Origin: Octopus sinensis | Lineage: Eukaryota | Assembly: GCF_006345805.1 (NCBI RefSeq) | Contig: NC_043015.1 | Coordinates: 16,926,001-16,990,000 of the forward strand | DNA: 64,000 bases | Direction: 5' to 3' | Shown here: piece after piece, positions 24,501-39,500 of the stretch | How positions within the stretch are numbered: position 1 is the first letter of the stretch | Layout: each line of letters begins with the position of its first letter | Notes under the pieces: generated by a model | The model's input: only the letters and a program-made list of their open reading frames with translations | The model's database searches: none | What the model was told of the DNA's origin: nothing | Program-made: the position numbers and the translations under genes

Positions 24501-27500
24501 TCTTTCTCTTTCTTGTCAGTTGTCTCTTTCTCTTACTACTAACTACCTCTCTCTCTCTCTTTTTTTTTTTACAATGGTTAGATCTGAGAAACTGTTTCTA
24601 TCTTTGGTGTTTTGTTTATATATGTCATGTTTTTGAAAGTAGCTTTATATTTCCCTCTTTCACTTGTTAGCTATTTCACTTGCAGTAATTGCTTCACTCT
24701 ATGTGTACTTACTTATCTGTGCTGAGATCAACTTTACCTCTGGTAAAATTAATCTCCATAGGGTTTGAACACAGAACACATAGAACAGCTAGGAAAACTT
24801 GTATCCATGAGCATACAAATAACACAACTTGTATCCACGAGCATGGTCAACAGATTTTAAAGATATATTGTTATATGCATGGTAAAAATCTTTTTAAAGT
24901 AATCCATCTAAAGAACTGTGTAACGTCATTTTTATATTTCACATGCAGGTCTATCGTCCTTATCGAGCATCAGCCCATGATATGTGTCGGTTTCATTCTG
25001 AAGAATACATCAATTTTTTACAGAGTGTTACTCCACAGACAGTACAAAATTATACTAAAAGTCTCAGTGCATATAATGTGGGGGATGATTGGTAAGCTTG
25101 TTAGCTTTATTTATTAGTGTTGTAATATATTAGAACCTATTGAAATGCCTCAGCTATTAAAAACAATATTTCCATTTCTTTTGCAGTCCTGTATTTGATG
25201 GGTTATTTGATTTTTGTTCAATGTACACTGGAGCATCATTAGAAGCTGCAGTTAAATTAAACAACAATGTAAGTTTCTACTCTTTGTTATCATGCAAGTT
25301 CATTTTTGTTTTATCTTTATTCACTTTTTAATTAGTTAGAGTGAAAGAAAGAAAAAAGAAGTTGGAGCATAGGCCATTATCTTCTTATACAATATTGGAA
25401 GTTAGAGAACTTTTAAGCTACTAAATCTGGTATAGGTGATATACAAATTAACATATTTGATGAATGTTCTCACATTCTGATTTAATATAAAGTATTGGCT
25501 TGTGAGAAGTATATTAACTGGTACAGTGTGTTTATTCAAAAACATTTTAATGGAGACAGGTAGCTGTGAATTTCTCAGAATGCGGAATCTTTGATAGAAG
25601 TGGTAAAGAAAAGACAACAGTCAACTGTACATATGATTAATGTGAAGTAAATACTGTAAATTTCATACATATTTTATGTGATCAGCAGAGATAAAAATAT
25701 AAAGATTACATATTCAAGTGAATGAAAACAATCGACTGGAATATGTTGTAAAATTAATCAAAAGTAAAACTTTATATATAAGCAGTTATATTATTCTATA
25801 CATAAAACCAGATTAATATGATTCTTGAATTTTCATCCATTATTTGGTTGTTGTATTTGTTTAAATATCAAAATACTATTCTACTTTTATTATATACACA
25901 CACACATACAGTCATGGCCAAAAGTTTGGAACATTTAAAAAAAATTAATATTGTTATGGTAAAGTACAGTTTGATTCAAATATATACAATGATATATTTA
26001 CGCATTTTATATAAAAATTCTAATTTTCAAACTTATGTTCCCAACTTGTGGCCACAACTTTTTATATAATAAGTCTGTGTGTGTGTGTATGTTCTGTTAA
26101 TTGTAACTTGTATTTGTTCAAGTTTTGTATTGTAAATTTTGTTTTATAGCACTGTGATATAGCTATAAATTGGTCTGGAGGCTTACACCATGCTAAAAAA
26201 TTTGAGGTAAAAGCATATTTCCTTTTTGTTCAGAAAAATAATAAGATTACCAAAAGTTGATATTAATGTGTTTAGAGAATTTGCCTTGTTTTTCTTCTGA
26301 TTAATTGAATTGAAGAAATGGTGTTGACATATTGGAGGCAAAAAGTATAGTGTGTGGAAGTGTGATGCTTCAGTGATAGTAACAAGATCAGTGGACTTAT
26401 TGATTGGAAATTGTAGGAGCTATAGTAATATAATGCTATTAATAGATTAATGAATAATGAAGGAAAGTGATTAATAACTGGGAAAATTAAATGAAGCATT
26501 TTACTGAACTTGACCAGTGGAGAAAACGTTATTCTTCTATTGTTGTTGAAATGCTAAAATTATCAGACAGCATATAGAAGATTAGAAATGTTTCCAAAGT
26601 TTTACATTATTATTGATATTATTGATATTGGTTTCATATTTTGGCACAAGGCCAGCACTTTCAGGGGATGGGGTAAGTCGATTACATGAATCCCAGTGTT
26701 CAACCAGTACTTATTTTATTGACCATGAAAGAACGAAAGCAAAGTTGACTTTGGCAGAATTTGAACTAAGAACATAGAGATGGACAAGATGCCACTAAGC
26801 ATTTTGCTCGGCCTGCTAGCAAGCCTGCCATCTCGCTGCCTTCACATCTCTTATTGATATTAAAATTTCAAAATGAAATATAAATTTTCTTCATTGATTA
26901 ATTGAATAAATAAATTATTTTTCAAAATTTTAAATTTAACTTGGCTAAAATCACATTCAGATTTCTTTGTTACATTTGGAATTATAATTCTGTATATTTT
27001 CTTTTAGGCTTCAGGGTTTTGCTATGTAAATGATATAGTGATCTCCATTCTGGAATTGCTAAAGTAAGTGTGGTCTTAATTTAATTTTACTTTATTTTCT
27101 GCCATTTAGTAATTTGTTTCATTAAAAAATTTATATTGATTCTTGGTATTGCTGATCTGTTTTCTTAAAATAAATATTAAATTAATATGCTATTAAGATG
27201 ATACTAGTTGGGGTACAATTATCAGATTAAGTTGCTAGACAATTGACAGAGCTGTTCACATTCATGCTACTCACATTTCAATGATTTTTATCGAGAAACA
27301 CTACTTGTTGTAACAGAAATATTATAGTAATATGTAAAGATTTTTATATTCAAAATGTGATGGGAAAATGGGTATAAAATGAAATAAAAATTCAGTGAAG
27401 AAATTATAGATGGTGATATTTTAATAACTTCAAGTTGTAAATAGGAAGTCAGTGTTTTAGTGACTGCCTATGCTGAGAAATCCATTGTCAAGTTTAGAAT

Positions 27501-30500
27501 AACGGACCAGCCTTTCTTACTATATGTAATACTGTCTATATTTGATTTACAATGATCTACATCATATGTGTGATGGTGTACATACCTTTATCTTAAAACA
27601 TATCTGATCCCAGACATAGCTTGTTTAACAATATTTTACAGTGTCTTAGAAAGTACAATAAAGTAACTTCCCATTGCTATCTGCTGTTAGACATGAAAGT
27701 TTTTACTAGAGAAGGAGAAATAGGAATTGTTTCATTCACACCTTTTCCAATATAAGTGAAATAACTAAAGTCTAGAATTGACTTGCTTGGAACTCAGTTT
27801 CTGCATTTTAATTCTTGCACTTGGTTGTTAATTAACTCTATTGAGTGGCTAAGTTCAAAGAATACTAGATAAACAGTTAAGTGATTGGAGTACATATTTT
27901 GTCATTGGAACTGCATTGTTGCTGCACTTTACTCAGTGCACTTACCCGTAAATAAGTACTGCAGGGTAGGAATAACTTGGTGCTGGGGAATCTGTTTGAT
28001 TGAAGTAAACTTATGAAATATATTTATATCTCTTATTATAAAAGGCAGATTTTATCTGCCTCCCTTTGTCAGTTATAGAAATCTACAATATAGGATTTCT
28101 TCAATTACAATTTACCTAGCATTTTTAAGAGTAGAATGCATCGGGTTTTGCCAAGTCCAGTTTTTAAAATTTAAACTCCAATTAAGCAAAATTTACAGAA
28201 AACTCACATTCTGGTGTGTATGTCAAATGCTTTTCTTAGTCTGGTTTACAGCACACGCAAACGCACACACACAGTGTGCAACGAATAAAGTGAAACTAGA
28301 TGTAATATTTGTTTCTGTCTATCACGCTGATAGATACATGAGTAAAATGTATGGCAAGCTAACAGATAAGAGTGAGTGAAAATGTTCTTGGAAGAGAGTA
28401 AATAGCGACAGAGTGATTTGAGGAAGACTAAACTGAAAGTATGAAACAGTGTTTATGTATAAACAGACGACACTTATATAAACCCTTTCGTTACCAAACC
28501 ACCCGAATTTACCTATTCATATTTAAATGAGAATATCAGAGTAAATCTCTTTAGTACATTCGTGAAAACACGTATTATACTTCGTAAACACTTCAAATAC
28601 AGTTTTGTACAAAAATCGAAGTGTAATTTTAATTCCGTGAATTATGGGAGATTTTTTTCCGAAATTTGTTCCTATTGTGTTTTCAAAATTTGTAATTCTG
28701 ACAAAAAATGGATACGAATTTCATTATATCAAGCAGCGAGTCAGAATTCAAAGGATTTTCTACTGAAGACCTTCATAAATCTAACTCTATGACTGAAAAA
28801 AAAAAGCATCTTTATATAAGAGTGAAGTTGTGTGTCTGTCTCCTACGATTTAGATTCGTAACTACTCCCACATTTTGCGGTGCAGTTTAACCAAAAGCGG
28901 GTATCTTATAGTCGTGATTCATATCGAGCCCTTCTGGGTATTAGCGTGCGTCTACGATGAGTCTACGATTTAAAAAAAATTTACCATCATATTTTTCCAT
29001 TTTAATGCATTTTTTTCGCTTTTATATAAGGGAAGTAACTCTCTAAAAATATCTACGATGTGTCAACGATTTAAAAAAAAATTTACCTTAATTTTTTTTT
29101 CAATTTTTAATGCATTTTTTTGCTATTTTTTGGCTATAACTCTCTAAAAATGCTTATATAGTTATTTCCCTTACAACCCGAGCAATGCCGGGCGATACTG
29201 CTAGTATAAATATATTCTATTAAAGAACTGTCATTCTTTTTCTTTGATAGGTATCATCCAAGAGTTTTATATATTGATATTGATATTCACCATGGAGATG
29301 GAGTTCAAGAAGCTTTTTATCTTACAGATCGTGTGATGACTGTATCATTTCACAGATATGGAAATTATTTTTTCCCTGGAACTGGTAAATTTCAAGATAT
29401 CTCTTAATTATTTGAAACTATAGAAAACTGTTTCAATAAAACTTATTTAGAAGTCTGTGCAGGTATTTGAAATATTAAGTTGTCTTGGCATCCAGTGCTC
29501 TAGCTCTTACTAAATGATAGAATGTTTTGTACAAGAAACACTAAGTACACCTAGACTCCATTGATTGAGTCACAGCTGTTGAAGATGATAGACTGGAGGG
29601 TTGATAGTTTCTATCCTACTAGCATTACTTTGTATATGACAAAACTATTCTAACTCCCACTCTTTCAATTCACTTAGATATAATATTTATCATGCTTAGT
29701 ACAGCTTACTATGGGATGTATTGTATTATTAAGAAGTGTTTCCATTCCAGTGCCAAGTTCAACATAGTTTGTACTTCTGGTTTATATTTCAGAGCTTACA
29801 TTACTGGTTTGTTTAATCAACTCTAAATCTAAAAGAAATTCAATATAAATCAATTTGAGTTATAGTGAACTAAAGTGTAACCAATTGGTTTTCTGTTTTA
29901 GAGTCAAATATTTATTTATTTCTTCTGTGCAAATGTAGAAAAAGGAATTGAATTCTCCAAATGTTACCAACCTTGAAACTATATAACATTAAAAATAATA
30001 TTTTGTAAATATTATAATTCCACTTGTCATCACTGTGTTTACATTTATATTTCCATAAGTCAGAAGGATTATCACAGTTCACGCCAGTTTATTCAGAGTT
30101 ACTGCTCTTGATGATGAGTCATGGGGATAGAGGGGACTATGTCTTGCTTACACACTCCATCTTAAGTGTAAATATCTGATATTTTAAATGAATTCTTTCT
30201 GAATAGCTGGAACATTTTTAACAAAACTGTAGGAAGGGAAAAAAGCATAGCTCACTTACCTTGCAGGTTCTGTAACATCAATCCTTTCCACATGGGATAT
30301 ATCCATGAGAGGCCTTCTTGCTAAACCTCTGACCAAAACCTAGCAGCAATATTCGTTGAACTCATGTGGCCACCATGTCCATCCCAAATGACAGCCCCAA
30401 AGCAAGTGGCCCACGCTAGTCATCCTTCTGCTCACATGACTTCCCTTGCTCGTGTCCTTCTGGCAAGGCTCTTCTGCAATTTGTGCATTGTCATTGACAC

Positions 30501-33500
30501 TACACTTCCATCAAGGCCCCTCCCAACCCCACATGCCCTCCCTGATCTCAAAGATCACTCTCTCACTTCACACCATGTCAAAATCCGCCATCTACCTGGA
30601 CAGATATCTCCTTTGCTGTGACCACCTTAGAGATGGAGCACTGCTTGCACCCTCTCTACCTCCTTTGTTATCTGACAACTTGATGGTCTTGTGAACACCC
30701 AAGACCTGACGTGACATTCCATCCACAGACCAGTTGTTTCAAAAATTCACAGCCATTGAATTTTCCCCACTGAGATGTGTAGTGTGCATTTGGAGGATTG
30801 ACCGAGACTTTGTCCCCTACCTGCTTGAAGGTAGGCTTTCTCTCTTCCACAAGTCACTGATACCATATAAGGATGTTATTCATATCTGAATATTTCTCTC
30901 TGTGGCACCAATTCCTCAGCCTGTCCTGATCAAGCTCATACATTATACCAAAGTACTGCCTCAGTTGATGAGATGTGTCCCCTCTCCGCCATGGCCTTGA
31001 TCTCATGATGGTGTCTCTTCATGATCCCATTTCCACTCGTCTTATACACCATTTTGAAGAAGCAGTTCACATTCCACTTATCAAGTTTTTCCTTCAGCAC
31101 CGAGTGAAATGCTTACCATTATCCATCAGCAATTCATCCATAGGGCTCCAGGAATACCTCATTCAGGATTCATGCAACTTCATCTGCAGTCCCTGTCTTG
31201 ATTTCCTTCCATATTGCCATCTACCCCAGTCTGCAGTCAACCTTCAAGAGATATGTCCCCTGCTGGTTGTGCATCACATCCACTGCTGATTGTTTCCAGT
31301 TGTGTTCCACGGGTGTTTCCTGCTTCATCCAGAGTGGGGTTGATGGATTGACACCTGTCACAACTCCTGACCATTTTCTGAAAACTCTGTCAGGTAACGC
31401 CAGAGTCAACTTTCCTAGCTAGGTACAGGGTTCTATCCACTCCCATATGATGCATAGCATGCAGTCTCCTTAACTTTGTGTTGCTCAGCTGTTTCGCTGC
31501 AACTATTCCCTACTCCAAATCTTTGGGTACTTCCAACCAAGTTTTTTTTACCCTGGTTAGGCTGTCCACTTTATTCCTTTCTGAAAGCACAACGACTGCA
31601 CTCAACTTCAGACTGAATTCAGCTGGTATCTCTCTCAAATTCCTATGGAGCACTTTATTTACATTTCTGCTGCCCCTTTCATTTGTACTCTTCTCTTATT
31701 GGTGATCACTGATCTCGCCCATCCAAGCACAGTTGCTGAATTGGTTTGAATCTTGATAGTACCTTTTTTTCAGGACCTGATTCACTCCTTTCAGTACTGC
31801 ATCCAATTTAGCCACATTGATTTGGTTGCAATCACCTGTTTTACTGATCCAGGCTGCGTCCTCCACTTCAACACTTCTATCTTCAGAATGATCCCTTGAT
31901 CTTCCGAATCTAGGCGATAACATCTCCCTCACCACAGAAGGGTCTGATGGCATCACTACTGATGCTTATTTTTGTTGACATATCATCCAGAAAAGGGGTC
32001 AAAATAAAAATGCTTGAAGGATGAAGTAGCTTGCGGTATAGGGGAAAAAATGTAGTTCACCTACCTCACGGGTCCTTTTGTTACATTGATTATTTCCAGG
32101 TGGGATATATTTGTGAGAGCCTTACCTATCTAACCTCTGGCCAGAACTTAGTGGCAAATTTCCTGAATTCGTATGGCTACAGTGTCCATCACGAATGACA
32201 ACCCCATTGCAAAAGAGGTCCCTTCTGGCAAAGCCCTATGCTTCCAGCATATACCCACTCAGCTCCACAATAACTTTAGTAAAAATTAAAAATTATGTCT
32301 TTAAAATTAGTAACAAACTATAACCTAAGTTGAGATACTGGTTACTCTTTATTTGAGTTAAAATTCTTTTACTTGTATTCAGTGCAGTTATATCAGTTTC
32401 TGTTTTTGGTATCTTCAGGTGACATGTATGAATCAGGGGCAGAGAGCGGCAGGTACTATTCAGTTAATGTCCCATTAAAAGAAGGAATTGATGATCAAAG
32501 TAAGTCTGTAAACTGAACATCACTGTGTTTCTTGTCTTGCTAAATACTTATTAATTTCTGTTTGAGTTTTAAACAAGATATTTAATGTTATGGAACCATT
32601 ATGTCTTTGTAATGTTATGTACATGATTCTCATGTCTGTAACCTAATTATTTATTTTACAGAGTTTCCATGATGAATCCATATCTTAATTGCTGAAGAGT
32701 TAGTAATAATCAAAAAGCAAATGTTTACTCCTTGTGATATCTTAAAAGATCCTGGCTTAGTCTATATATTATCAACTTTCTCCAAATTTATAATTATTTA
32801 AAACAATTTTGAATATATGTATTTTTCTTTATATTTAAAACAATTTTAATAGTAGTCTACCATGCTTTAAAAGTTCCACTGGAATGTTGTCTGAGCGAGG
32901 GGACTTCCGTTGCTTCATGTGATTGAGGACAATCTGGTACTCTTTGTAGGATGGTGGTGTGTTCATCCAGTGTCGAGTTAGATGCATGGATATGTTCTTC
33001 AAGAAGTCTTCCACCGCATTGGAGTCTTAGTTCAGAAGACTTGAGAAGTGCTCTGTCCAGTGTTGAAGGATGTCTTGTGGGTCAGTCAGAATGGTGTTGG
33101 TGTCTACTGATTGAAGAGACCCTGTTGATATGGACTCAAAAAGTTCCTTTGTTCCTGCGTAGAAGCGTCTGAGGCCATGAACGTCAGCATACCTCTGAAG
33201 TTCAACAGTTTTCTGTTGCCACCAGTTGTTCTGCATCTCTCTGAATTTTGTTTGGCATTGTCTTTTGAAGTCTTGATATCTTACCTTCTTGTGCCACAAT
33301 CTTGGATCTTGCTCATGAGAGAGGCGGGTTTGCCATTTTGCATCGATCAGCTGGCTGATTTCTTGATCATTCATCAAACCAGTCCTGCTGTCTCCTTTTG
33401 CTGTACCTGAGGGTGTTTTCAGCCACTTCAGTGATGGTTTTTCGAAGTGTGCTCTATTCCTTATCCATATCCTGGTTGTCAGATGGGATGAATTGAAGGT

Positions 33501-36500
33501 GTTTGAGAATGGAAGATGCATAAAGGGAGCTGATCTATGGGTTGTTAAGCTTTGATATGTCAAATTTTCTTCTGACTGGTTTTGTTTTTCCAGTCTTTAG
33601 TTTGTTGTAAACCGTTATTTGAAGGCAGGTGATGACTAGACGATGGTCTGTCCAGCAATTGTCAATGCTGTTAGCTGTTTGCATGATGAAGACGTTTCTT
33701 TTGTCTCATTGTCAGATGATGAAGTAGTCCAGGAGATGCCAGTGTTTCGACCTGGGGTGCTTGCAGGTGGTCTTGAAGTGATTTGGGAGTTGAAATTGGG
33801 TGTTGGTGATGTAGGGAGAGTGTTTAGCGCACAGCCCAAAGGGCAAGAGTCCATTTTCATTGCAGTTTCCGACTCTTTCTTTGTTAATAACATTCTCCCG
33901 TAGTCTGTTGTCGCTCCCCACTCTTGCATTGAAATCCCTGAGGAGGAGGAGCTTGTCATTTGGTGATACATTGAAGATCAAGTCACTCAGCTGTTGGTAG
34001 AAGATGTTTTTCACGTTGTCATTGACATCAAGTGTAGGTGCGTAAGCAGAGATCAGTGTCATAAAAGTGGTAGCAGAGATTGGTATTCAGAGAGTCATAA
34101 GCCATTCATTGATGGCAAAAGGTTTCTGATGGTGTTCCTTCACAAGCTTGGATTTTATAGCAAAAGCGAATCCATAAATTTTTCTCTCTCCTTCTTTCTC
34201 TTTCCAGAAGAACCTGGAACCTATCTCTTAAGTCTTTCTATTAAACACCAGTCTGTTCACATTAATTCTCCAAATGTAGAAGAACTGCCCTGTTTCCAAA
34301 AATCTTAAGGATGCTTTTATCATCACCATTTTCAAAAAGGGAGGTAGAAAGATCTGTGGGAACTATCATGGCATCTCACTGCTCTCCACCACAGGGAAAA
34401 TCTTTGCAAGGCTCCTTCTGGATCATCTTCAAGTCATCGTGGATTAAGTCCTACTTGAATCACGATGTGGATTTTGATCTTTTGCACTTGACAAATACAA
34501 GAAAAGAGTAGAGAACAACAAAAACCTCTCTCTTTTGTTTTCTATGATCTCAAAAGGGCCTTTGATACCATCCCAAGGCCTGCAATGTGGAAAGTCATCT
34601 AACGCTTTGGCTGCCCCCATCAGTTTGTTTCTGTAGTACAGGGATTACATGATGGTATGACTGGAACCATCTTCCATCAAAACCAACTGTCCAAAGACTT
34701 CCCCATCATTGCAAGATTAAAACAAGGATGCTTTTCTCCCTGCACCCTTGCAGCAATGTTTCAGGAACTGCCTTCGGACAATCCAGGAGTCAACATTAGG
34801 TACTGATATAATGGAAGCTGTTTCAACCATGCCAGATTCAAGTCATGAAGACTGACTGGGAAGCAAAAGATCACTCCAGTGAACAGCTTTAACAATTGGT
34901 GAATAACTTCACCTATGCTTACACTTGGTTTGGCCTAAAAGTCAACATCAAAAAGACAAAAATCCTGGCACAACCCATGCTAAGTCAGGAAACTGTAGAC
35001 CTCATCATTACCATTTTGGACACACCACTGGAGGAACTCAGGAAGTTTGCTTTCAAACAAGTGCAGATTGGAAAAGGATATGGGGAACCGATTAAGAGCA
35101 GCTCACACTATGTTTGGTGAACTTGCAAAAAGGGTTTTTAAGAACAAACATCTGAACCACCAAACAAAGTCAAGTGTCTACCAAGCAGTCATGATCTCCA
35201 CTCTCCTCTACAGTTGTGAAACTGGGACTCTTTACCGAAGTGATGTAAAAAAAACTAGAGCGATTTCACCAACAGAATCTCCATTCTATTATGAATATGA
35301 AATGGAATGACTATGTGACTGATGTTTCCATTCTGGAGTGAATGAAAAGCAATAGTATTGAGGCCACCATCCTGAAACATTGTCTGAGATGGACAGGCCA
35401 CATAGCAAGAATGAAAGAGACCCGGCTGCCTTCTCAAATTTTATATGGTGAACTTACCACTGGAAAAAGACTCCATGGCTGTCCCTTCCGTTGATACAAG
35501 GACCAGCTGAAGCAAAGCCTAGAAGTGACTGGAATTGATCCCAAAACCTGGAACATTGAAGCTGAAGACAGGCCCAGCTGACATCATTCCATCTCCACTG
35601 TGACAGATCATTTTGACACTGAATGACAGAAAAGAAGAGAAATGATGAGAAAGAAAACGGAGGATGCAACAATCAAAGTCTCCACCACGGATTCCTTGTG
35701 AACTTTGCAATAGACATTTCCATGCAAGAATCAGCCTCTTTAGTCATCAGAGGCATCAACACAGACAGAGGAGAAGAAGCCAGATAAATTATTGGGCACA
35801 CAATAAAACACTGACAACAACATCATCTTAAAAGATCTTGACTTGCTCTATATGTTATCAACTTCCTGCAAATTTATGATAATTTTGAATATATGTATCG
35901 TTCTTTATATTTACATTGTAGTTGTTTTATGGTTTTCTGATAATATTTAAAATTTTTGAAAATACAGTTTAAAATCTTATGTTAGAAATATATCTTTCTC
36001 ATTTTGTTTTTGTATAATAAACTGTTGTATGAAATAAACCTCACCTTTTTACTTATAAAGACTTACAGTTTTGTAAGAAAATAGTTTAGTACATTTAATA
36101 TTTCTTATGAATTTCTGAGTTTTATTGTACAGTTTAATATGCCCAATCAGGAATTATTTTGCACAAATGAGGGATTAAGAAGAAAGTACTATTTGTATGA
36201 CAAGATTAATTAAGATTGGTAGAGCCCATTTCTTTCCAGTGGAAATGTATATATGTGAAATATAACTAACAAAACACATAAATTGAGAAAATTTGGTAAT
36301 AAATTACCTTGCTAAGCATTTACAACCTTGTCTTTTACTAGCTTAGTAATAATAAAACAGAATGGAATTATTTAATGGTTACATATATATCAGGTTCATC
36401 TACAGACTCTCTACAGGATGTTAGAAATATATTATACTGTTGTAGAAATAGAGATATTTAAACTTTTTACAAACTGATTATAACAGTGTTACTTCTTGAT

Positions 36501-39500
36501 AAGTTACAGTATACAAGGAAAAGTTAAATGGAAGGATAGGAGTCTGAGATGAAGAAGTTATTGAAATGATAATGTTAGAATTGGCAGAAGATGGATTCTT
36601 CATTTGAGTTATTATTGGAAGCTCTGGCAAGGTTGAAACTTTGCTAATAATAGAAACAAAGTACTATATATAGGTTGATCAAAACTATAGCCACCTCTCT
36701 TATTACAGAAATTTAGAATTCTCTATTTCATTCTTTCTTCTAGCATATATGCAGGTCTTTAAGCCTGTAATACAAGCTGTTATGGAGAGCTATCGACCAA
36801 CATGTGTTGTTTTACAAGTAAGATATAACATTAATTTATATATAATTAATTTCATTGTGAATATTTTACAGTTTAGAATGAAAGAAAGAGAATTATCAGG
36901 ATTGTTTTTAATGTTGGTTATTATTTTAGAAAAAAAAAAAATTTTAATTTCACTCACTTGATTAAGTATCATCATCATCATCATTGTTTAATGTCCACTT
37001 TCCCTGCTGGCATGGGTTGGACAGTATGACTCGGAGCTGGCTAGCAGGGAGCTGTTCAGATTCCAATTATATGTTGTTGCATGATTTTTAGAGTTGGATG
37101 CACTTCCTAATGCCAATTACTTAACAGAGTGTGCTGAGTGCTTTTTACATGCCACTGGCATGGGTGCATTTACACAGCACTAGTATGGGTGCTTTTTAAG
37201 TGACACCAGCACCTGAAAGGAAAAGCCTGTACATGTGGAAGACAGCAATTTTGCTTGGTGTATCTTATCAAGTACAGCAAATCGCCACGTCTCCTGGTCC
37301 CTTGTCATTTCCTCAGTGAGAAAAATATTAGACTAGCATGGAAGAAAAAATATTTAAACTGATTATTATCATCATGCTCATTGCATACAGCATATATTTT
37401 GTTAATTTTTATACCAGGAAATTTCGAATGGTTCAACAAATAAACCTTTTGAAAATTATTTTTGTGTTTTAATTAATTTTTCTTTATAGTAGATTTTCTC
37501 ATAGTTATTCTACATGCACATACATACGAGTTCAGGCATGGCTGTGGTGTGGTTAAGAATTTCACATTAATTATTTGGTTCTAGGTTCACTTTCAGTGCA
37601 CACTGGTTTAGCTACATGTCTTAACCTCAGGTTGATCTATGCTATGGGAGTCAAATTGAGTTGACTGAAGACTATCAGATGAACTGTATCTATTCTTGAA
37701 TTCTGGACTTAATTCATCTCCTAGTTTGAACTAGGTCTTGGATGCAGAGTACTTGAAGAAACTGGAAAGAAATGAATTGAGTATACTCTGTTTGATGTGC
37801 AATGTAAGTGTGCATGAATGACATAAAACAAATGTGCTGAGAGAAAACCTAGGCATAGAAGGAATCAGATATAGAGCACAAAAAAAAAAGACTGCACTTG
37901 TATGATTATGCAATGTGAATGATGAGGATAACTGTATAAAGAAATGTTGATCACTTAATGTGGGGAGAGTTTACAGAAGAAGGAGGCCCAGAAATATATG
38001 GGACAAAGTGGTGGAGGCTGATCTTAGGATCTCAAACCCTATAAAAGAGGTGACAAGAGACTGGGATGACTGGTGAGATGTTGCACAGATTTTCTCAAGT
38101 ATACATATACATAACTGAGTCCTTCATCCAATTTCTTCCCCAAGACACTTCCACCACCCTTCATCTTTCTAACTACAGCTGTTTTTTTTATCACTAATTT
38201 ATCTTACTACCAGGAACCATTTCACTTGTTATTCATATTTCTTACAAATACTATCCTTTCTGCACACATTTTACATTGTCCATCCTTTCACCTTCAGGCC
38301 AGCAAATTATCTCTCCTCTACCATTGTAAATCTCTCACTGTCCTTATGCACTATGCTTGCCTTTTTCTCTTTCTCACTCAATCTTCCCTGTCTACTGTAT
38401 CACCAGTACTATTTCGCTGCTCTTCACCCCCATGTGTCTCTGGTCAATCCCCATCCCTAATCCACCATTCACTACATCCTCTCCTTAACATTTGTTCTTC
38501 ATTCACTGCATCCATCCTTCAATACTTGTTCTTCATTCATTATATACACCTCTCAGCCACTCCCCATCTCTCTCTCTCTCACCTTGCAACATCTGCTTGC
38601 CTACACTCCAAATCCTTCTGTCACCCCTCTTATTCACATTGTACCTCAAGGGTCCACCTAGATACCTCATCATCAGTACTTTTATCTTTTTCCAGCTCCA
38701 CACCAATTATCCTCTCTTCTAAAATGTGAGTAGCCATGTGGTCCCTCTAAAGCAAGAAACCCATTCTGTCCTGGTCCCTTCTCTCAGATCTTAAAAACTG
38801 TACCACCTAACATAAAACTACATCTCTCAGGCTTCACAAACATGCATCCCAAATATGAAATATCTCCAGTCAATTAAAACAAGCTGGCTGTTGCCAATGT
38901 TATCTCTATTACTATCAAATATGTACTACAGAACTAGTATCTGTCTTCATCAAATTCATCAGGTACACTCTCTCTCTCTTCAAAGACGATGCTTCTCTTG
39001 ATTACTATTCTGTTGCGCTCATGTTAAATATAACAAAGGTGATGGAAACAGATCTTAATGAAAGCTGTTGCTACATTTTGAATCTCTATCCTTTCTTAAA
39101 GACCATAAATAAAATGCTATATCACTCACCACCACAGTTGTCACATGTCTCTTGGATCTTTGGCTTCCTGTCAGATTTCATCATTGTGGTGTGTGCCAAT
39201 GTGCACGTGTGTGTGTGTGTGTGCATGCACATGCATGTGTCTGTCTATCCTATCTCTGTATACACATATAGAAAACATACACAGATATGTTTGTATATAT
39301 ATAGTAAATGAAAGACAGAAGATGGAATATATGAGAATTTTGATTATTAATCATGACAATTGTTTTGACACATCTAGTATCAGTCCTTCACAGGTGGGAC
39401 ACTTGACAACCGGTTCACGAGCATCTGGTGGTGCAGATGTGTCTCATCAGGTGATAAATAGATACAGTTTATTAAAATAACAGTTCCGCAATGTATCTCC

